DNA of 64,000 nucleotides from Myxococcota bacterium (GTDB lineage Bacteria; Myxococcota; SpSt-1050): NCBI GenBank assembly GCA_049969675.1, contig JBMFOP010000001.1, positions 22,546 to 86,545 of the forward strand, read 5' to 3'. Shown piece by piece: positions 58,594 to 64,000 of this stretch (position 1 is its first letter; each line of letters starts with the position of its first letter). The notes under the pieces were generated by a model. It saw only the letters and a program-made list of their open reading frames with translations, ran no database searches and was not told where the DNA came from. The position numbers and the translations under genes were made by a program.

Positions 58594-59621
58594 TCATTGA
58601 TAGTCAATCGCCACGGAATAACTTTGTCAAAGAGATAATAAGAAGGGCACATCTTAACAAAATTGAGATAGTAGAGAATTTAGATACCCAACCAAACCAG
58701 AGAGAGAAACTATTATATATATCGTCCCAGAGAGGTTTTATCCGTCCCTGTCCCTGTTCAAAGAGGTATAGATGTTGTAACTATTTTACCATTGATACTA
58801 TAGAGGGTTGTATCTATGACTGTGAATATTGCATATTAAAATCATTTCTTAATAATTCAAAGATACTCATCAAGGCAGATATAGGAGAGTTGATATCAGA
58901 ATTAAAAGAATTTACGAGTAGAATTTCGGGTGGTGGATTGACTATAAGAATCGGGACCGGCGAGCTAAGCGATTCACTTGCACTTGAAAATATAGCACCA
59001 TTTGCACCCATATTGATTGAGGAGACAAAAGAAAATAATAATCTAATTCTTGAATTTAAGACAAAGAGCAGTAATGTCTCTGAAATCTTAAATCTACCAC
59101 ACAATCCGTTAGCAACAATCTCATTTTCAATGACCACACCATATCTCCATCAAAAACTTGAGACCGGAACACCATCCATAGAGAATAGAGTGGTATCTGC
59201 AAAGAGATGTGTGGAGCACTCATATAGAGTAGGCTTTCACTTTGACCCAATTATATATTATCAAGAATTTGAAAAAGACTATGATGCCATTATAAAGATG
59301 ATTTCACAGAACATCCCTCCGGAGGCGATAAGCTGGGTCTCTCTCGGGACAATTAGATTTAACCCCCTAATGTTTGACATATTTAACAATCCAATCCTTT
59401 TTGGAGAATATATAACTGACCTTGAGAAAAAGTCAAGATACCCATTTGTCTTAAGAAAAAAGATCTACAGAAGCATTACAAGTATGTTCAACCACTATTT
59501 TAATTCAAAGGTAAAATTATATCTATGTATGGAACTGGATATAATGAACAAAATTATATTGGGGAGAACATTTGATTCAGATGAAGAACTAAATAGATAT
59601 ATCATCGGCAAGAATGAATAA
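58566..59621 (+). CDS. radical SAM protein of the spore-photoproduct-lyase-like (COG1533, DNA repair photolyase-like) family
   Basis: FIRPCPCSKRYRCCNY, then the CxxxCxxC cluster CIYDCEYCIL. The overall length (351 aa) and the VGFHFDPIIY segment parallel the SplB family. Confidence 0.6.
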   Translation: MEEESNIKIVIDSQSPRNNFVKEIIRRAHLNKIEIVENLDTQPNQREKLLYISSQRGFIRPCPCSKRYRCCNYFTIDTIEGCIYDCEYCILKSFLNNSKILIKADIGELISELKEFTSRISGGGLTIRIGTGELSDSLALENIAPFAPILIEETKENNNLILEFKTKSSNVSEILNLPHNPLATISFSMTTPYLHQKLETGTPSIENRVVSAKRCVEHSYRVGFHFDPIIYYQEFEKDYDAIIKMISQNIPPEAISWVSLGTIRFNPLMFDIFNNPILFGEYITDLEKKSRYPFVLRKKIYRSITSMFNHYFNSKVKLYLCMELDIMNKIILGRTFDSDEELNRYIIGKNE

Positions 59622-59767
59622 TTAAAAAATTAGAACAATATCCACCTCATAATGAAATGTATTGATGTTATAACAGTGAACGGAGGCATCACCCGGAGTT
59701 TGATTGATTCGCCTAAAAAAGAAGTGAAGATTATGCACAGATTAAAGAATCAGAAATCAGAGATGTA

Positions 59768-60367
59768 TCAGGTCTGACTCCCTGTATGCCAATCTAATAG
59801 AAATCTCTTTAGTTTTTCAAATGCCTGTCCGCGATGACTGATCCTATTTTTTATATCAGGAGGCAATTCAGCCATCGTCTTTTTATATTCGGGTAGATAA
59901 AAGATCGGGTCAAAACCAAATCCATTGTTTCCTGAAGGCTCAGTGGATATAATTCCATTAACCGTTCCTTCAAACAGATAGTACTCTTCAGGGCTCACCA
60001 TAAAACAGGCTACACAGACAAATCGTGCCCCTCTCTTTTCAATAGGGACACCGTCCAGCTCTTTTAGTAATTTTCTTATCCGCTCATCTGTAGTAGGGGC
60101 ATATCTTGCGGAGTGGATGCCCGGTCTATTATTTAATATACTAACCTCAAGCCCAGAATCATCAGATATTACCATCTCTTTATATAATTCATAAATTACG
60201 CGGGCTTTAATTAGTGCATTTTCCAAATAGGTACTTCCATTCTCCTCTATCTCAGAATCAAAATTAATCTCTGATAGGTCTTCCACCTCAACAGGAAGTC
60301 CATGGAGAATATCCTTTATCTCTCCAGACTTACCTTTATTGCTTGTTGCCAAAATTATCTTATTCAT
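59768..60367 (-). CDS. rdgB: dITP/XTP pyrophosphatase (RdgB/Ham1 family)
   Basis: MNKIILATSNKGKSGEI, FVCVACF, GFGFDPIF. Ham1 family signature. Confidence 0.85.
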   Translation of the reverse strand: MNKIILATSNKGKSGEIKDILHGLPVEVEDLSEINFDSEIEENGSTYLENALIKARVIYELYKEMVISDDSGLEVSILNNRPGIHSARYAPTTDERIRKLLKELDGVPIEKRGARFVCVACFMVSPEEYYLFEGTVNGIISTEPSGNNGFGFDPIFYLPEYKKTMAELPPDIKNRISHRGQAFEKLKRFLLDWHTGSQT

Positions 60368-61236
60368 TCAATACAGGTAAATGGAGACTCTTTTAAGAAT
60401 CTCAAGATATGCTGATAAGGTTTTTTATAAAAGAGGAATCCGTTGTGTCCAATCCCCTCCAGTGCGACAATCTCAAGATTTGGAATATTCTCTTTCTCTG
60501 GCACAGAATATGGATATGGTATCAGTCTGTCATCTATGGAGTATATTGCACAAAATCTCACTTTATCTGGAAATTTACTTGAATTGAGCTCCCTGATAAA
60601 GGCAGAGTTGGGAGTCAACTGCCAGAGGTTCTGTCCCAGAAAACCTGTTGCAAGAAGCCCCAGATAGGCAAAAGGGGTTCCTCTATGGGGAGAGGCGAGT
60701 GTTATCAATGTATGTGTATATTCATCTGCACAAAGTTTCTGAATCATATATCTTCCAATTATTCCGCCCTCTGAATGTCCAATAATAGCTATATCAGGGA
60801 GGTTATATCTCTCAATGAGTCTCCTTACTTTTATATTTACAAAAGAGGCGGTCTCCTCTATCCCATCGGTTCGTAATATCTCTAGAAAACCACCGAGATT
60901 TATCGTAAAGACATCAAATTTATCCTTTCTCAATCTCTCCTCAAGCACCATCATAACCCTTCTATTGGCACCAAAACCGTAAATCAGGAGAACTGGCTTT
61001 TTACAGAATTCAAAGTCTGTGATCCTCTCAATCCCTCTTCTGGATATAGCTGACCTGATTATATCAGTAGTATCATTTACGAGCGTAGTCAGTCTCCTGA
61101 CCTTTGGAAAAATAGGTTTATAAAAATTAGTAAGTCCCAAGGTAATTGTTAATCTCCCATGGATGAACAAAACCAATATAATTATGCCATTCCTGACGCT
61201 TGGCGTCAAGAAAATGATAATGTATATGTTCCCCAA
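60364..61236 (-). CDS. alpha/beta hydrolase (lipase/esterase-like, GHSEG nucleophile elbow); start uncertain
   Basis: PVLLIYGFGAN oxyanion region and IIGHSEGGIIGRY nucleophile motif. The annotated N-terminus overlaps the glnA 3' end by about 110 nt. A TTG near 61140 may be the real start. Confidence 0.55.
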   Translation of the reverse strand: MGNIYIIIFLTPSVRNGIIILVLFIHGRLTITLGLTNFYKPIFPKVRRLTTLVNDTTDIIRSAISRRGIERITDFEFCKKPVLLIYGFGANRRVMMVLEERLRKDKFDVFTINLGGFLEILRTDGIEETASFVNIKVRRLIERYNLPDIAIIGHSEGGIIGRYMIQKLCADEYTHTLITLASPHRGTPFAYLGLLATGFLGQNLWQLTPNSAFIRELNSSKFPDKVRFCAIYSIDDRLIPYPYSVPEKENIPNLEIVALEGIGHNGFLFYKKPYQHILRFLKESPFTCIE

Positions 61237-62449
61237 GTGTCTCCTTCATTAAGGTGCTCTTTTCAAATTTATCCAGAGCCTCCCTCAAACTACCAGGTAA
61301 TTCACCAATTCTATATCTCCTCCTCTCTCTAAGGCTCATTCTGTAGATATTTTTATTGACAGGTGGTGGGGGCTCAATCCTATTTTCAATACCATCCCAC
61401 CCTGATGCAAGCATTACAGCAAGGGCAAGATATGGATTACACGATGGGTCTGGCATCCTGAACTCAATCCTTGTACCCTTTCCTCTCCTTGCTGGAACCC
61501 TGATTAGTGGGGACCTATTCTTCTCAGCCCATGCCACATGCGTGGGCGCCTCATAACCGGGCACCAATCTCTTATATGAATTCACAAGTGGATTCGTAAT
61601 TGCGCACATCTCCTGCGCATGTTCAATGATGCCACCAATATAATAAAGCGCTAATTTTGAGAGTTGATATTCACCTTTTGGGTCATAAAATGCGTTATCT
61701 TTCCCCTTAAATAGGGACTGATGTGTGTGCATACCGCTACCATTTATTCCGAAGACTGGCTTCGGCATAAATGTGGCATGTAATCCAAAGTCCTGTGCCA
61801 CCTTCCTCACTATTATCTTCAAGGTACAGATATTATCTGCGGTCTTTAAAAACTCATCATACTTAAAATCTATCTCGTGCTGTCCTCTTGCAACCTCATG
61901 GTGCCCGGCCTCCACTTCAAAACCCATATTCTCAAGCACATTTATCATTGTCCTCCGTGCCTCTTCTCCTCTGTCAACTGGTGTCATATCAAAATAACTT
62001 GCATCATCATGGGTCTCAGTCGTAGGTTTCCCCTCTGGATCCGTCTGAAAGAGGAAAAATTCCATCTCAGTCCCCGCCATCGCAATATAACCAGCCTTTC
62101 TTACCTTCTCAATTACCCTTTTTAAGGCCGTCCTCGTGCATCCATCAAATGGTCTCCCATCGGGTGTATATATATCACAGATAAGCCTCGCGACCTTACC
62201 CCCCTTCTCCTCCCACGGAAATATCATAAATGTATTCAGGTCAGGGACCAGTGTCATATCCGATTCCTCTATCCTTGCAAACCCCTCAATAGAAGACCCA
62301 TCAAACATAATCTCCCCATCAAGAGCCTTTTCAAACTGCTTTGGTGGAACCTCCACATTCTTATTTATCCCAAGCACATCTGTAAACTGAAGTCTGAGAA
62401 ATTTAACACCCTCCTTCCTGATCTCTTTTAATATCTCTTCTCTTTTCAT
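61127..62449 (-). CDS. glnA: glutamine synthetase type I
   Basis: Beta-grasp N-domain FTDVLG. Catalytic domain with the GS ATP-binding and adenylylation-region motifs. About 440 aa. Start taken as MKREEIL. Confidence 0.9.
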   Translation of the reverse strand: MKREEILKEIRKEGVKFLRLQFTDVLGINKNVEVPPKQFEKALDGEIMFDGSSIEGFARIEESDMTLVPDLNTFMIFPWEEKGGKVARLICDIYTPDGRPFDGCTRTALKRVIEKVRKAGYIAMAGTEMEFFLFQTDPEGKPTTETHDDASYFDMTPVDRGEEARRTMINVLENMGFEVEAGHHEVARGQHEIDFKYDEFLKTADNICTLKIIVRKVAQDFGLHATFMPKPVFGINGSGMHTHQSLFKGKDNAFYDPKGEYQLSKLALYYIGGIIEHAQEMCAITNPLVNSYKRLVPGYEAPTHVAWAEKNRSPLIRVPARRGKGTRIEFRMPDPSCNPYLALAVMLASGWDGIENRIEPPPPVNKNIYRMSLRERRRYRIGELPGSLREALDKFEKSTLMKETLGEHIHYHFLDAKRQEWHNYIGFVHPWEINNYLGTY

Positions 62450-62738
62450 CTCTGCCTCCTTGTTGAGGTACACTATCTCCTTATTTTACAATATTGTCAA
62501 ATTAAATTTGCAAAATAATCATCATTTATTAAGCAATCTGTAAAAATATGCATTGTATTGCAATAAATAATGGGATTTTTTACCAAAAATACAAAAAATT
62601 ATTAACACCCAATCAAAATACCCGTGCGGTGTGACCTCTATCACCAGACATTTTTGGCTCATATCCTTCAAATCCATCGGCAGGCCCTTTCTTTACCAAT
62701 ATTTTTATGGTATATTGAATTCATTAAGGAGGTATATT

Positions 62739-64000
62739 ATGAAGAAGATATATTTTCTCAGTATAATATCCTTAATTCTCCTCTCTGCCTGCAATGTAGT
62801 TTACTACGCCCCATACCCTCCCAATACAGAATATGTATATTACGGGCATCACCCAATTCCATCCTATATCGGAGGTGGTATGTGTTTTATTGAGGGGAGG
62901 CATATCCATAATTATCCACCCGAGAATAACTACTCCTTTTATTACTATGAAGGCATATATTTCTACATTGGCGAGACAGTAGCCTACTTTGGTCCGCACC
63001 CCATCCCCTCCCAGTTTGGTGGTGGGATATGTATGATTAATGGATATCATACACACACCTATTATCCTTACGGATCGGGTTATGTATATTATCCGGATGA
63101 TAATGTCTTCGTATATGTAGATGTGGATATCAATGTAAATAATAGGAGACCATACGAACCGAAGAATAGACACGGTTCATACTCCTCTGGAATACCATAT
63201 TCGGATACGGGTGGGAGACACGAATATAAGCCCTCATCAGGTGGGACGAATTCATCCGGGACAACATCAGGTTCACAGGATTATTCCCATAAAGGGACAT
63301 CAGGTGGCTCCTCTACCGGTTCAGGGAGTGGAGCAGGTAGCAGTTCTCAAACTGGAAATTCCACAATACAGTATAATAAAACACCCGATTTCAACTACAC
63401 ACCTCGCAAATATGAACCAGCAAATCCACAGATAGATACTCCATCTCAAACAAATAAGAAGATTGAGAATAATCAGCCAGTTATAAATATACCACAGGAT
63501 ACTAAAAGGAGAGTGGATTTTGATAACAAGCCCACAATAAACACACCATCCCAGACAAATAAAAAGTATGATATGGACAATCCAACATTTGAGCCACCCT
63601 CCCAGACAAAAAATAAGATTGAAAAGAATGACAACATTCCTCCCCTGTATGTACCAGACAGTACTCCGAAAAAAAAGGATGACAAATACCCTGTAATCAA
63701 TACACCATCACAGACAGAGAAGAAGATTGAGAAGAATCAACCGGTTATAAATACACCATCCGATACAAATAAAAGATATAATACAAATCAAACACCGAAT
63801 ATCAATGTTCCAAAAGATACAACAAAGAGACTGGAATTTGGCAATGAGCCCAAGAAATTTGACACACCACCAGTAAAAAGATTTACCCCGGGCACCAATG
63901 AGGATAAAAAGAGGGATAGACCACCTCTTGATGTCCCGCAGATAGATACAAAGAAGAAAGACTCTGCAGATGATGATGACGAAAATAATCTGAAGAAGAA
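62739..64000 (+). CDS. repeat-containing lipoprotein (partial; continues beyond window end)
   Basis: AAGGAGG RBS before ATG 62739. Lipoprotein signal MKKIYFLSIISLILLSAC. Duplicated His/Tyr/Gly module YYGHHPIPSYIGGGMCFIEGRHIHNYPP / YFGPHPIPSQFGGGICMINGYHTHTYYP. Then a degenerate tandem array of about 25-30-aa units (P)VINTPSQTNKKIEKN. Confidence 0.6.
   Translation, partial: MKKIYFLSIISLILLSACNVVYYAPYPPNTEYVYYGHHPIPSYIGGGMCFIEGRHIHNYPPENNYSFYYYEGIYFYIGETVAYFGPHPIPSQFGGGICMINGYHTHTYYPYGSGYVYYPDDNVFVYVDVDINVNNRRPYEPKNRHGSYSSGIPYSDTGGRHEYKPSSGGTNSSGTTSGSQDYSHKGTSGGSSTGSGSGAGSSSQTGNSTIQYNKTPDFNYTPRKYEPANPQIDTPSQTNKKIENNQPVINIPQDTKRRVDFDNKPTINTPSQTNKKYDMDNPTFEPPSQTKNKIEKNDNIPPLYVPDSTPKKKDDKYPVINTPSQTEKKIEKNQPVINTPSDTNKRYNTNQTPNINVPKDTTKRLEFGNEPKKFDTPPVKRFTPGTNEDKKRDRPPLDVPQIDTKKKDSADDDDENNLKK

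Noticed and set aside
61128-61236. N-terminal 36 codons of the alpha/beta hydrolase ORF
   Set aside because: They overlap the 3' end of glnA by about 110 nt on the same strand. The first conserved hydrolase element (PVLLIYGFG) lies downstream, so a later start, possibly TTG near 61140, is more likely.
62474-62738. NtrC or sigma54-type control elements upstream of glnA
   Set aside because: Palindrome-like TGCATTGTATTGCAA and TTGCAAAATAA segments are present. No clean GG-N10-GC sigma54 promoter or TGCACC-N5-GGTGCA NtrC site could be identified by eye.
62624-63700. ORFs 62624-62893 (+), 62772-63173 (-), 63211-63435 (+), 63473-63700 (-)
   Set aside because: All overlap the long open frame of the repeat lipoprotein starting at 62739. 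That frame has a strong RBS, a lipoprotein signal and periodic repeats. The tabulated ORFs are alternative-frame artefacts. The real gene is missing from the track only because it has no stop inside the window.
1-64000. Alternative genetic code with TGA as a sense codon (code 4 or 25) as an explanation for the in-frame TGA at 57345
   Set aside because: Long ORFs throughout the window (e.g. gspD, the 1328-aa protease, rho, glnA) terminate at TGA, and several gene junctions use ATGA overlaps. Reading TGA as sense would fuse well-defined genes. Any recoding must therefore be local.
1-64000. CRISPR arrays, prophage or integron structures
   Set aside because: No regularly spaced direct repeats with unique spacers were seen. 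No integrase, terminase, capsid-like or cas-like ORFs. The only repeats are the MITE-like elements and the intragenic protein-coding repeats.

Overview
This is an AT-rich chromosomal segment from a diderm (Gram-negative) bacterium, shown by partial lpxB, lpxC and lptF/lptG. No homolog identifies the lineage; long low-complexity spacers and Asn/Lys-rich proteins suggest an under-studied group. The standard genetic code is in use.

The largest block is a complete, translationally coupled type II secretion operon in the canonical order gspC-D-E-F-G-H-I-J-K-L-M-N (about 3.1-16.2 kb). GspC carries a PDZ domain and GspD is a secretin. GspE is the ATPase and GspF the platform protein. Five prepilin-type pseudopilins follow.

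Housekeeping genes include yebC-ruvC-ruvA-ruvB, rplU-rpmA, rho, glnA, trxB, ruvX-mltG, tsaC, asnS, rdgB, tRNA-Met and tRNA-Leu.

Unusual content:
- A family of MITE-like elements with about 18-bp terminal inverted repeats. One copy is about 760 bp (55291-56050). One is about 300 bp, internally deleted and inverted (16261-16564). One is a solo end (about 20039).
- A tightly packed 7-gene plus-strand operon (39114-47154): PilZ, a MEMO-like (AmmeMemoRadiSam-B) protein, a J-domain protein, CapA, DUF374, and a divergent nitrogenase-component-1-like (NifD/NifK-fold) pair. No NifH-like partner is in the window.
- A secreted Cys-rich MopE-like repeat protein. Its repeat array continues in frame for 129 codons past a TGA stop, with no start codon (56100-57737).
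- An overlapping ParB-like gene plus a spore-photoproduct-lyase-family radical SAM gene.
- An orphan 3-gene operon of low-complexity proteins, one with Gly-zipper features (28008-30264).
- A PP2C phosphatase fused to a cNMP-binding domain, upstream of OsmC-TrxB.
- A sensor diguanylate cyclase with a periplasmic CXXCH heme-c motif.
- An outer membrane protein co-transcribed with a 1328-aa metzincin lipoprotein.

Manually derived coordinates for non-ORF features are approximate (+/-2 nt).
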